A stretch of DNA of 63,342 nt, filler included, from Circinaria calcarea (GCA_051942165.1; 39 parts of 39 records of this genome joined end to end with filler, not necessarily neighbours in it), one strand, 5' to 3'. Shown: positions 13,091 to 25,888, numbered from the whole stretch's first letter. Translations and numbers: made by a program. The notes: a model not told the origin generated them from the letters alone.

Positions 13091-13779
13091 GGACGATCTC
13101 CAGGGTCGTTCTTCTTCTCACCAAACCTACCAATCCGATTCGATACAGGGGCAAACACCACATCAATACCCTGGCAGAAGAAGTGGCGAATATGCACATC
13201 GCAGCGGGGATCATGAGAGATATGATGCAGACCCCCAAGTCCTAGGTGATGATTTCACTGGACTTCATCTACGAGACGAGACAGGTATGTTTTAGTACCT
13301 GTAAACTTACATGTGCAAGCCGGAATCTGATTACCCAAGCCCCGAAACCTCGATCGAACCGCCCGCTTGCAAATCCGGATTTGTTCAAACCGACGCCCAA
13401 CCCACCATCATCCATTGGCCGCCGGGTGTCCTTCCAAGAGGGTCCACCGGAGGAAATCGACGATCTCTACCGTTCATCCCCAGACCCGACAAAGCGTCCA
13501 TCATCCAGCGCCAGTAGGAGCAAGTGGCAACCTTTAGCAGCAGTGGATCCACACCCAGTAGCTGATCACGACCCATTCAGTCTTGGAGATAGTGATGACG
13601 AGGAATCCAAGAAGAAAGATATCAAGGCGGAAGATAGCGAGCGGCTGAAAAAGGCGGCTGCAGACGCAAAGGCCAGTGATTCGGGTGCGCAGGGTACGGA
13701 AGAGCTGCGACCTCAGCAGACGATTGGGAGCGCGGGGACGAGAGATAAGGACGCGGAGGACTTGATTGGGAAATCGTAG
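13091..13779 (+). CDS. CUE5-like ubiquitin-binding protein, C-terminal part; intron about 13285-13339
   Basis: RYDADPQVLGDDF..L.LRDE | RPLANPDLFKPTP..RRVSFQEGPPEEI..KWQPL..DPFSLGDSDDEE, recalled from filamentous-fungal Cue5 C-termini. The CUE domain itself is not in the contig. Confidence 0.65.
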
Positions 13780-14122
13780 CGTATTCCCAGAAACGTGTCT
13801 TTGATAGTCTCTGTACGGTAGAGTATCGTCGATCCCATCCAAGCATGCCGAGCTTAAAAATCTTCCTCATTCCATTGCACCTTGGTCAATCCCACAGCTC
13901 GACCCACTCCTTTTTAATCCTTCCCTCGTAGTAACAAACACCAAACTTGATCGGGTCTCCGGGTATAAGTTTATCCCTCTAAACTCCTAAAATCGTAGAT
14001 ACGTAATCCATCTTCACTCCTAAATCATTCCCCCCTTTTTCTACCCCTCCCTCGCCCTCTCCCTCTCCTCCCCTCCTCATCTCTATCTCTCCCCATCTTC
14101 CTTCGTGGGGCCCCTAATATTT

Positions 14123-14622
14123 CTACCTCTGCTTCTGCCCTTGCCCTTGCCTCTGCCCCTGCCCCCGGCCCCGTTCCCTCAACTCCTGAATCACAACCGC
14201 CAGCGCATCCGGGTTCACTCCGCTTTCGATCAGGGAGACGCAGATGGAGAGTTGGGGCCGGGTGAGGTTGGTGTTCTGCGAGCGAGTGGAAATAAGCGTT
14301 AGCGAGAGCGTCAGCGAAAGGTGAGGGAAGGGGAAGCGAAAGGAGCGATTTAGGAGGGGAATGGAATGATTAGATTTTCCCGGGGAGGGGGCGGGGGGAA
14401 GAAATGGGATGAGGATGGAACGGGGAATAAAAGGAGGTATAAACGAACCAGCAAAATGGAGATTTCCTCAAGGATATCGATGACTTGGACTGCGGCTTTT
14501 TGCTTTTGGGGCGGGGTGAGTGGGACCGCGGATGCGGATGCGGCTGCGGTGGTTCTCGTTTTCGAGGTTGTGGTTGCGGTTGTGGTGGAGGGGGTGGGGT
14601 TAGGTCTGGTGGAGGTTGTGGA
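14123..14622 (-). CDS. MZT1: Mitotic spindle organizing protein 1 (MOZART1), 5' partial; exons 14622-14449 and 14275-14123
   Basis: [17 protein letters not shown] | [33 protein letters not shown]. Intron GTTCGT..CTAAC..CAG. Confidence 0.9.
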
Positions 14623-16354
14623 NNNNNNNNNNNNNNNNNNNNNNNNNNNNNNNNNNNNNNNNNNNNTTAATTAATTAANNNNNNNNNNNNNNNNNNNNNN
14701 NNNNNNNNNNNNNNNNNNNNNNCACCTATGCTATTGGCAGGTCGAGAAAAGCAAGGAAACTCCGAAATCTAGATCTCAATGCCTGTAATCAAAGTTCTCA
14801 ATGGGTCGGATTTTGGCAGGAGAACGGACTCGTATAACAATCGATAGACGAGAAGGCAACGGCCTCTAAATTTGACCCAATATAGAAGCCTGGGCTGTCC
14901 TGGGTCCGTTGGTTTCGAGTTGCGGTCGGATGGTTTGGTAGTCTACCTAGGCAAGGAAGTGCCTGTTAAGTGAAGAAACTCGTCCATCTGTGAGGCGGAA
15001 AAGCTGCTATCCCAATGCCGCCCGGAGATACTGGTAACCGCATCAACGACAACCTTAGGATAGTGTGTTTGATTCCTTACCTGAAGTCGACCAGCACCCA
15101 CATCCGCCTCGGACAACCCCGCATTGGAAAATGTTAGGTTTGCAAGATCCTTCTTCCTATCCTGGATCAGAACGACTTAGCGATTGCGGCGTCCAGAAGC
15201 CGCGCCGTTCGGAGCTTGGCCGTATCGTTTCTGGATATACGGAGTAGATAGCCACTGTAGAGTCGTAGACGCTTGACGTTGGAGTTTGTATTAGGAAGCC
15301 CTTTGCGCGGGAACCCTTTAATATCGGGAGGATTTCTATAATGCCGGGGGGACTTCTTTAGCGCCGGAGGGACTTTCAATTTCCCAGTATAAATTTTGGC
15401 GTGGGAAATCTTTAGCGTCGGGGGGACTTCCTTAGCTCCCGGGACTTTCAAAGTCCCAGCGCTCGACACTATCACCCTTATCCTTCGTCTCACTCACGTA
15501 TTCATTCATTCCTACATGACCTCTCGTCTCTGTTTCGTTCCGATTCCCATTCCATCCCTCCCTTCTCTTGCTCGGTTTTGGTCGAACCGCATCCTTCTTT
15601 GGGCCTATGGGGTATCGATAAACGAAAATGAAAACGAAGACGGAGACGGGAGACGGAGACGAAAGCGTCCCCACCTCCCGTCCGCCCCCATCCCTCCCTG
15701 CTTCCATCCTCCTTCTCCTGTCCCTCCTTTTCTTGGTTGGGTGAGGTGGGGTTAGGGGGTTTAAAACCACAGAGAAAATAACCAGGGGGTTATTATCCCA
15801 ACTCGGCGCTAAATGCGCCGTTTTCCCACTATATGCCTCCTCCCCGCCCCCCAAGAAAAGAAACAGGGGAACAGGGAAAAAATTGATGGCTCACTTGCTT
15901 CCTCTAGAAATATGCTAAGGTAAGGAGGAGGTAGGGTTTCAAGTTCCCGGTTTCGATTTCGATTTCGATTCTCGGATTTGCTAGACGAAGGGAAAGAGGA
16001 AAAGGGTAATAGAGAGTGGGATGGTTGGGCTTTGGGAGGGGTAAGGGAAAAGGCGGTGGGTACAGGCCTTCAATCATTTGGAAAATAAAAAAGATCAAGG
16101 AATGGGGGAGAGAAGGGCCCGAGAGGTGGGATAGGAGGGATCGTTTGTAATTCCCGCTTCTCTGCCTTTTGGTTTTATAGATCCATCGGGACTTCGGGTC
16201 GGGTTTTCCTCTTTCTTTCTTTAGAGCTATTTCCCACCTCCCTTGCTCCTGGAGNNNNNNNNNNNNNNNNNNNNNNNNNNNNNNNNNNNNNNNNNNNNTT
16301 AATTAATTAANNNNNNNNNNNNNNNNNNNNNNNNNNNNNNNNNNNNNNNNNNNN

Positions 16355-16615
16355 CAGTGGTAGCGCCACGGGTAGCTGTTGCAGTTTGCCTGCAGGCGGT
16401 CGCAGATGAATGTCCAGAGATTGGCTTTGTTGGCGGTGTCGGTGGTGTCAGCGGTGTCGGCGATTTCGACGACGGGGATGGCGTGGGTGAGGGTAGTTGA
16501 GGTGGCCAGGATGGCGAGGATAGCTAGGGGGAGAAGGGGGGATGGGAGTTAGTGTTGTGGGTGAAGGGATGAGGAGGAGTGGGAGGGCCTTCTTACTGGT
16601 ATAGGTAACATGCAT
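16355..16615 (-). CDS. Small secreted pre-pro-peptide of unknown function; exons 16615-16597 and 16523-16355
   Basis: MHVTYTTILAILATSTTLTHA-IPVVEIADTADTTDTANK-ANLWTFICDRLQANCNSYPWRYH.. Canonical intron GTAAG..CTAAC..TAG. Runs into the contig end. Confidence 0.7.
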
Positions 16616-17481
16616 TGTGAGGATTTTGGTTGAGCAATAGTCTTTGTTGATTTCGAGAGTTTGTCTGTCGTACCAGTATGTTAGAGGAAAGGCGGGAGAG
16701 GGAGGGAGGACGTTATAAAACTCACGATATTTGGAGAGTAGAAGAATGAGTGATGAGAAGAGAAGAGAATTGAGAAATTGGGTGGAGTTATATAGTAAAC
16801 ATTAGGGAACAGGGCTTCGGCTCGAGCTGCCTCCCGGAGGTTATGAATCTCACTCTTGTTCTTTGGTGAGAGCTTTTGAACCGGGACCTTCATTCACGGT
16901 AGAACTTGACATGAAATGCGAAAGTCGAAGCGATGACAACTCGGTAAATATGTTCTACCATAGGGACTTGAAGGAAAGTGAACGCGAGACTCTCATTGGC
17001 ACAAATTACTACACCACCTATGGTGAGGGCAGGCTTCACCATGCAGAATGCACCGTGGGAGTCCTTTGCCGCATTGCAATATTTTGATTGCAAATCAAGG
17101 GTCTCATGGAGACCGTGATGGGTGTGTTCTATGCCAGCCGGAGGAGTCGAGCCTTTGTATGAGGAAAGATAATTGACAAGTACATTACCGTCAGCTTCAC
17201 TTGTCATGTCTTTATGGAGTTATTGAGATATCTAAGGTCTTGAAATGTAGCATTCTTACTTTATTGAGGTTTTCAATCATCTTTCTGCTTCAGCGGCATT
17301 GACAAAAGATCCGTAGGTTAATGACTGATGTCGAATTTTGAACACTGTCGAGTCAGCGCGGTTCAAGTCACGTGTCCAACGCGTCCCCCAAGCTCCAACC
17401 CCGCTACTGCAACAGGAAATACATGCGTGTCCCACATGCATCTCAAGGGTCGGTGTTGCGTCGGACAGATGCATCGCTAAA

Positions 17482-17884
17482 ATGAGAGGCAGGAGGATCA
17501 TCCGAGACTCTGACGATGAGGACGACTCCGAGGCTGAAGTAAGCTGTCGAATGCCGCCAGCTGTGGATCTCAAGAATCCACAGCCAGTTAGGGCTTCAGG
17601 AACATCAAACGATCCTAGCACTGGGTCCACTGGTATGTTTGGAATCTCCAAGACGTAATCTGTCCAGTTACTTATCTTCATTACTCCATATAGACCTCCA
17701 CCATCAAATTGAAGACGCCCACCGCAGCCTCCTTGAACCTACCCCAACCATTGTAAGCCCGCTCACGACAATGGACACTCTGACCAGCCGAACTTCTGAT
17801 TCTCCGGCATCGAGCAAATTGAAGCGTCGGCAGACTGCGGTCGGGGCACCTGGGCATGAAGGGAAGAAAGTAGTCAAAACTTAC
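17482..17884 (+). CDS. Hypothetical fungal protein, N-terminus only; intron 17633-17693
   Basis: MRGRRIIRDSDDEDD...STGST | DLHHQIEDAHRSLLEPTP. A GTATGT..TAG intron joins two ORF-track frames. Confidence 0.65.
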
Positions 17885-18020
17885 NNNNNNNNNNNNNNNN
17901 NNNNNNNNNNNNNNNNNNNNNNNNNNNNTTAATTAATTAANNNNNNNNNNNNNNNNNNNNNNNNNNNNNNNNNNNNNNNNNNNNAAATAAATCCACCAAT
18001 CCCAACACTACCCCTCAGAG

Positions 18021-18146
18021 ACTCCTCCTCCTCCTCCTCCCTTTGAACAACCATCTCCCGTGGGAATAACGGCCTGGGAACTCCTCCTCCTCCTCCTCCC
18101 TTTGAACAACCATCTCCCGTGGGAATAACGGCCTGGGAACTCCTCC
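18021..18146 (+). repeat. 59-bp perfect tandem duplication (2.1 copies)
   Basis: ACTCCTCCTCC...TTTGAACAACCATCTCCCGTGGGAATAACGGCCTGGGA at 18021 and 18080. Confidence 0.9.
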
Positions 18147-18529
18147 GAGTTCTACACACCCCATCTCCAATCGACCGGATCCGGATCCGGATCCCAATCA
18201 ACGGCTCTTGGGGCCTCGGTGCCTTTTGCCTTTTCTCCCGCCACCTGAGACCTCGCTCGCTTGGCTTGACCCCCTTCACTCCATCAGCCCAAAACTTCCA
18301 AACCATCGTTCTTCTTTCTTATGTAGAACCCTCAATCCTCAGACCGATATGGAGGAAAAGGAAAGGAAAACAAAAAGCAAAAGGAAAACGAAAGTCCTTC
18401 CGCTATTATTAAGAAAACGCCCGCCCTGCCCTGCTCTGCCCTACTCTGCCTTCCCACCTCGCTTTCCTCTCCCCCCCCTTTTCTTTTTCCAATCGCACGC
18501 CATATCTACTTCTATATATAAAATAAAAA

Positions 18530-18560
<31 letters not shown>

Positions 18561-19118
18561 TATTTCTCCGACGGGCCGATATTCTAACATCCTCCCTACT
18601 GGTACTCTGCCCAGAGTACCACCCTATATAAAACTGAAAATGGGGCAGAGTACTACTTCTCTAAAAACGGCATAATACTCTACAATTTCTTAACCGATAT
18701 AGAAATTCTGAATAAATTATTTTATAGAATCGCCAATTCCGCAGATTATAATTTTTTAATTTCTTTAATCGGGTTAGCCTCAAGAAAGTTATGAAGTTTC
18801 TATCACCATTGTCCGCAGCATTTATTAAGGATGCCACGTTAATTTAAGGTTCGCGCTACCACTATTTGCACGCGCTAGCGATTTTTGAATCATTCAAGTC
18901 GGAACCATTCGCATTCGAATAAATGAGAACTGAATTTTCGATCGTTTTTCAATATTTTTGATGCGTTAAATAGAGGGGAGTCAGCTCTAATAAATACCGT
19001 AAAAATATTGAAAAACCGTTGATTTCTCGTGATCATATTCAGCTGCGAAAATCGTATGTCGCTGCGCGATATAGGCCAATATTTCGTATTTCGGCACAAC
19101 ACCACAGGCACTTTCATG

Positions 19119-19513
19119 TGCACGCCGCAGTGCAATACGCCAACACCATGATAAAAATGCAATAAATACATTCAATAAAGCCCATTAAGCGCATTCTAAC
19201 GCCGTAAAAACTTCAAAAATTGAATAAGAATTGCGTGTGCAATAGCTATTGGGGAATTCGTAGTAAAATAGCGCTATTCCGGCTGCGTCGCTTCCATTCT
19301 GATTGAATCAGAATTTCGGAGTCGTAATATACAATTCGAATGCACGGCGCATTGCAATACTCCACGACTATAAAGAAATTCTAGTAAGTGCATTTCGAAG
19401 ACCTTATTCAGCGCATTCCAACGCCGTTTCAGTTTTCAAAATCGAATGAAAATTGAGTGCGCAATAGTAGATGGGGAATCCGCAATAAAAAGGCATATAT
19501 TCCGGCGGCTTCG
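19119..19513 (+). repeat. Degenerate ~222-bp tandem repeat, with a related copy at about 56160-56280
   Basis: TGCACG..GCA.TGCAATAC at 19119 and 19341. GCGCATTC.AACGCCGT at 19189 and 19411. Confidence 0.7.
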
Positions 19514-19975
19514 NNNNNNNNNNNNNNNNNNNNNNNNNNNNNNNNNNNNNNNNNNNNTTAATTAATTAANNNNNNNNNNNNNNNNNNNNNNNNNNNNNNN
19601 NNNNNNNNNNNNNCCTCCCCTTCAACATCATCTATTCCTTGATCATCCTTCTCGAAGGACACACACTTAACACACCAACGAGTGGGAAAAAAACCGGGTT
19701 TTGCTTGGAGCAGAAACGGCCGAGGAGGGAGAGGAAGAGGAAGAGGAAGGACGGACAGGGAGTAGTTTTTGTTTTTGTTTTTGTTTTTGGGAATTGGGAA
19801 TTGGGGGGGGGTTCGAACATCTAGTGTTTATAGCTATTAATACCAATACCAACACGTATATGAATACGGGTGTTTGTAGGTAATTTCATTTCATTCTATT
19901 CCAATTTAGGGTTATTTTATTCAGGTGATAGGGATCTGAATTTCTAGGATAGGGATAGAATAAAATAAATAGAAT

Positions 19976-20378
19976 CAACGCTGGCAGTAATGGCACCACA
20001 CTACTAACACTATTAGTGTCAGTGTGGGGGGTTACTACACTATACTATCGGTGCAGTGTAGGGGTTTAGTAAAATACAACTATTAGTGTGTAGTGTAGTG
20101 TAAATAAATATGGAAATTTATAGCTTTGGGAGGAATTTAAAAAAACATAGATAAGAGCCCTGAAATCTAGGCTTCGTTTAGTAATTTGTCCGTGAAATTT
20201 ATAGAAATACCATCATGATGTTATTGATCCTGTAATTATTCCCGGCCACTATCTGCATAGTATATCTATGCATTTGGATCTCACTACGCTATATTTATAA
20301 GAGTCTTGGCAGTGTACACTGTCGGTGCAGTGTGGAGCTCTACACTACACTGCACTGTTGATACTACTGCCAGCGCTG
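19976..20378. mobile_element. Non-autonomous TIR element (hAT-like MITE, 403 bp)
   Basis: TIRs CAACGCTGGCAGTA and TACTGCCAGCGCTG (13/14 match). 8-bp flanks AATAGAAT and GATAGGAT differ only by G/A transitions. Subterminal ACACT/AGTGT repeats. Confidence 0.7.
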
Positions 20379-22210
20379 GATAGGATAGGATAGGATAGGA
20401 TATGGTTAAGAAAGAGCGGGCGCGGGCAACAGATGGACCGTGAACGAAGAATAATATAGGTAGGTATTCGGATGAAATTGGAATAGAACTTAAATAAATT
20501 CGGTAGGTGAACTCAAAATACAACCTCCATTCATCCCTTGCAGCATTTTCAAACTCAAGATATGTCCAGTCCAAACTTTTGGGGGTTTTCGCTCAAACTC
20601 TTTTCATGGCGAGAAATGTGAAGGATATAGGGTGCTCCACTATGCTCCTAAGGTATAGGCAAAGACGCTGACGAGAATGGGTAACGGGGGCCTGAATAGT
20701 GATGAATGGGAAGGTATATGGCACGAACTGGCTGCTACAGTATAGTGTATATATAGCAGAGGTATCGGACGGTGTCAGTACTGCATTTCTAATTGCTATT
20801 CTGCTATGCTATATGTGTGTAAGAAGTGTGTATGTGTAAGATCCAGGAATCCTCCATGCCTGCCTGCCCATTCCATATGCGCGCCCAGCCATTAGTCGCC
20901 TTGGCTCCACCACAGAAAGAGAAAAGAAAAAGAAAAAAGAAGATTCCATCCCTTCCGGAAAGAAGCCCGTTCCGGTTTTAAAAACCCGCCATGCATGTCA
21001 CACCCATCTGCTTTCTCTTTCTTTAGCTCCTTCCTTCCTCTTCCGAAATCGATTCACCTCCACCCATCAAGTACTTCTTCCGCTCCCCGACATCCATAGC
21101 ACCCGTCTCGCTGTTCATTCTCCGGAGAGTAACCGCATGAGCNNNNNNNNNNNNNNNNNNNNNNNNNNNNNNNNNNNNNNNNNNNNTTAATTAATTAANN
21201 NNNNNNNNNNNNNNNNNNNNNNNNNNNNNNNNNNNNNNNNNNTCCCCCCCCTAACCCCTCGATTTAATTCTTCCCAGTATTCCCAGTATTCCCAGTAACA
21301 AAAAAAGGGGGAGGGGGTGTTTCGGACATTTATTGCAAAAAACTAGAAACAGACACACATATAGACAGCCACACACACACAAAGATGCGAAAGTAATCTG
21401 GTCTATTCTGTTTCTCGTTTTAGTTCGGAACCAGATTCGACAACCCTACCCTGGGATCCCAAAAGGGCAAAGGGATAGATAAATACCATTCATCCACCTA
21501 CCTCATCTTCCTTCCTTGACTTTTTTTTTTATCGAATTCTACAGTGGAACCTTGGAGAGCCCAGAGAGCGGGGGGGAAGTCAGATTCAGAAAAATCTACC
21601 GGTTAAATCGAGAGGGGACGAAAAGGGGATCTTCCCAGTTCCGAAAGCAAGCCAAAAAAAAAAGTATCCCTTTTCTACTCCTTTCGAGTTGCATGTTCTT
21701 GATATATTCTCATTCTTCAAAGGTCTTTAGCTACACACACATATGCATTCCATCTACCTTGAGCTAAACGTTCCCTTTGCAAAAATAAGTTTGTTGTATT
21801 GGGAAATTGCATCATCTGTCTAGGAACTAAATAGCAAAATCCCGTTTTTCGTCTCTGCTTCCCCGATCCAACATGATATGACAAGGGTTACAATCTTGCT
21901 CAACAAGATAAATTTCAGCGCCTGTTGCCCCCGTTTGCCATGCCAGAAAATGATGGAAGTTTTTTTTTAAAACAAAAGCTCTGCCAAGCCGGAAGAAGAT
22001 TCGTATTCTCACTCATCAAATGATGATGCCATGGACCGGAGGACATGTGAGCGTATGTTGAGTGAATAGAAAAGCACCTTCGGCCCTTTTTTACCTCGGT
22101 CCCTAGTCATTTGTGCAACTCAAAACTCCAACAGGTTTGAACTTGTCATGATGATGCCGCTGAAAATCCATTCGTATCATCGCTATATCACAGTCAGCTT
22201 ATAACAACAC

Positions 22211-22771
22211 TCAAAATTCACCCAGACTCACTCGGCCTCTTCGGCCACCAGCTTGTTGCTGCATCTGCTGCTGTTGCGGATAGTATTGCATTGGGTATTG
22301 ATATCCTCCCATCATTCCTGCACCAACCATAGGGGTAAACCCTGGAGGTGCATATGCCGATTGCTGCATCATCGGACCGGGGCTCATTGGCTGATTCTGT
22401 TGGGGCAAAGGAGAATGTTGATTCTGTCGGTAGTTGTCAAACGATGGAGATGCAGATCCGTATCCACCCATCGCACTCCCATTCACGTTAGGATAAAAGG
22501 TTGCAGACGACATTCCTCGTCCAGATGCGGCAAGAAGGTTTTGCTGGTATTGCATCTGCTGAGCATTGATCCCACCAGAGGCAAACACAGGAGCATTTAA
22601 ACCAAACTGATCGTATGCCGAAAGACCCGTCGGATCTAATCCCATATTGCCCTGAGGTAGGAACTGTTGCTGTCCGACACTGGGAATGTACTGACCACTG
22701 TTCTGTCTCTCCATAGGTGAATGCTGCATTTGACCGCTCCTCGAACCTTGTTGTGACATGGGCCGGCTTCT
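22211..22771 (-). CDS. Q/G/M/P-rich low-complexity C-terminus of a conserved protein, probably a JSN1/Puf2-like RNA-binding protein
   Basis: 182-aa ORF ending ..YQYPMQYYPQQQQMQQQAGGRRGR, followed by a likely GTGAGT donor. The family call is from memory of the C-terminus only. Confidence 0.55.
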   Translation of the reverse strand, partial: RSRPMSQQGSRSGQMQHSPMERQNSGQYIPSVGQQQFLPQGNMGLDPTGLSAYDQFGLNAPVFASGGINAQQMQYQQNLLAASGRGMSSATFYPNVNGSAMGGYGSASPSFDNYRQNQHSPLPQQNQPMSPGPMMQQSAYAPPGFTPMVGAGMMGGYQYPMQYYPQQQQMQQQAGGRRGRVSLGEF

Positions 22772-22871
22772 NNNNNNNNNNNNNNNNNNNNNNNNNNNNN
22801 NNNNNNNNNNNNNNNTTAATTAATTAANNNNNNNNNNNNNNNNNNNNNNNNNNNNNNNNNNNNNNNNNNNN

Positions 22872-24009
22872 AACAACTTCTTAGTACGCAGGTAAACAAT
22901 CGCTGAACGGACCAGGCATGACCTATGCCATTTTCAGTATCGTTGCCAACCAAGTATCGCCCTCTGGTTGCTCTTCCTATACGTACCAGCAATACTCAGA
23001 ACAACCTTATGCCCGGGCACCGTGGTTCTTTCTGTCGGAACAGCTCACCGATGACTACACCACCAACGGAGGTACACATCCGGCGTACCCGTTTCTTACT
23101 GGATCCGGAGGAGCAAATCAAGTAGCAGTATTCGGTTACCTTGGCTTGCGGCTAGTCCCCGATTTTATACTACACGTCAATCCATCACTCCCACCACAGA
23201 TTCCGAGCCTCAGATTCCGTACTATCTATTGGCAGGGTTGGCCAATCTCCGCCGTAGCGAATCAAACCCATACGACACTCACACGGCTAAGTACCCCCTA
23301 CATGGACGCCAACATGACCTTCGCCAACATTTCTATCCCGGTCCAAATTGGCAATGATGAATCTACGACATATCAACTTCCACCGAATGGTAGTTTAACT
23401 TTAACGAATCGCAACATTGGGAATATCGCCACAATCCCGGGCAACATTGCGCAATGTCTTCCTGTCACCTCTCCAGACACTTTCCAACCAGGTCAATTTC
23501 CTCTCGCGGCAGTTGATGGTGCATCTTCCACCAAATGGCAACCTAGTCGGTCAAATATCTCGCAGTCAATAACTGTGGACCTTTCTTCTCAGCCTATCCA
23601 ACCCATTACAGGCTTTCTCTTTGACTGGGCTCAAAGTCCACCCGCAAGTTTCATGGTTTTCTTTCACAATATGTCTGGTGTTGACGCAAGTAGTGCTGCT
23701 ACCTATAGTAGTCCCAGCGTGGAAATCAGCAATCCATATAACGCATCAGCGGAGGGTCTTATCATGCCGTACACAAGCAACACGACCAATGTGACCCTAC
23801 AGCAGCCGCTATACAGTGGTACTTATGCAACGCTAATAATCGAAGGAAACCTGGGTAATCCGTTTAACAACGGCACCGGAGCCACGGTGGCCGAGTGGGC
23901 CATCTTAGGTAGCTCAGGTCAGAGGTTGACAGTGCGGGATGACAAGGAGCAGCAACAGGTATCTGGTACTTGGAAGGAGCTGGTGGGAAGGGGAAGGCCT
24001 GGAGCGTGA
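22872..24009 (+). CDS. ATH1: Acid trehalase (GH65), C-terminal part
   Basis: GPGMTYAIFSI...SGCSSYTY...PW..LSEQL.DDY.TNGGTHPAYPFLTG.GG, followed by an F5/8-like module (AAVDGASSTKWQP). Confidence 0.92.
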
Positions 24010-25535
24010 GGACGATGGTGTACGAGAGATGTGTAAATGATAATGGCCAGCTTGGTGACAGTTGTCAATAAGTTATATAGGTACATGTGTTTTTGAATAA
24101 ACAGGCTAACAGGACTTTTTCTCATTCCTGATCGACTTCTCATCACGTATCTGCTCTTTTACGAAATTTGCCGTGAGATTCCCCCGACACCTGCTCTCAT
24201 CCGGGCTCCCCCTATACATGTTTCCAGTTACCACGATCTCGCCAAGCCCTTTTGTGCCCCGTGGATATCCGTCCGCAGTCAAGCAGGCAGACTTGGGCCC
24301 CTTTTTTCCCCTTCTCACTCAACCGTTTGAAACCCTTAATTCTCCACCTTTTTCCCCTTAAAAGTTTACGTAACTATCATCTTCTTACCCCGTTTACCCC
24401 NNNNNNNNNNNNNNNNNNNNNNNNNNNNNNNNNNNNNNNNNNNNTTAATTAATTAANNNNNNNNNNNNNNNNNNNNNNNNNNNNNNNNNNNNNNNNNNNN
24501 ATCTTCCCTCCCACCTCTCCCTTTCGCCTCCAGCCCGTGTAGTCCGCATCATGCCCACATCTGAATCAACTTCCACCAGAAATTCATCCTCGCAACATCA
24601 TCTCCGGTGTCGTAAGAGAGATATCCAACGTAGAGGGCTGCAGCGGAGGTGCGCACGGTGCGGAAACGCTAGAGGCGGAAGCTGATAGATTTATAAAGCG
24701 TCGAAGGTTGGGATAGAGGATTGGTGGTGGCGGATGCGTGGAGCGGTACGTTTTGTGCAGGGAGTTTTGGGGTGGAAGGGGGTTGTGGCTATTTTGTAAA
24801 TTGAAAATGAGATAGGACTAGAACGAAATCTTAATGAATGCGTAGGAAGGTGAATGCGAGATAACTCATCTCGTTTTTCTGGGGTAAAATAAACACCAGG
24901 CCCGGCGCCTTTATTGATAGAATATCTATTCCAAAACCCAAAATCGCTTATGATACGCCACCCGCACCCTTCATCTATAATTCACCGTGTCGCCAAACCA
25001 CCAAACATCCATCCCCCCGCGCACATTTTCCATCTTCAAATATTCGGAAAATTGCAATTTTGACCCCATAAACTTTGAAATTTGCAATTTTGACCCCCAA
25101 GTTGTAATTCTGACCTCACCCCTAAAAATTTAAAAATAATCGATCGTAATTCATTGAATTGAGTGTATTTTAATAAGTTAAATATTTTTCTTATTTTTTT
25201 TCTTACCTGGCAGGCTTATTGACTCTAATATAAACTGCCTTTATTATTATATACGCGATATCGCCGCCGGTATTACCACCGTTATAATATTTACCGAATC
25301 TTTTATTTTTATTATTTACGTTTTTATAATTATAGCTATAAGCCTTCCGGAGCGCGTTTTTTTTAATATTATAATTAATAATATTTCTTCGATATTATCT
25401 CTCTCGTTTTCTTGCCTTTTTTATCTCGCCTCCGCGTTTTTTACCTCTACCTCTGCTTCTGTTAATATTCTTTATTTTTTATTCGCCGACTTTAGCCCCT
25501 CTGCCCTGTTACGTCCCTAAGCGTCTGAGGCAAAG

Positions 25536-25888
25536 TGTTATGGCGCTACGCCATACTAGGCACCTAATAGCGCTAGGGCGCATTAGGATGCGAGGGAGCA
25601 CTGGGAGCATTGGGGGCACGGGCATGCTCATCATGCTCAGTACGCTCCGGGGGTGAGCAGTGGGAGCACTGGGAGCACGGGAGTGCTCGGGGTGCTCGTA
25701 ATGCTCAACTAATATATATAGCAGGCTATTCCCGCTCTTTAGAATAGCATGCTTATAGACCGTGTTCAATAGGTTCTATACTATTGAGCCTAGGGCAACA
25801 GTTTAACTACACCCTATGTAACCGTGCTATCACCAATCGAGACTTAACATATTCCTCATTAGGCCTCAAGGATTGCAGCGCCCTTACA
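25536..25888 (+). mobile_element. Solo LTR (353 bp) with 5-bp TSD CAAAG
   Basis: TGTTA...TTACA ends. CAAAG at 25531-25535 and 25889-25893. The 3' half is nearly identical to the 41080-41436 copy. Confidence 0.92.
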
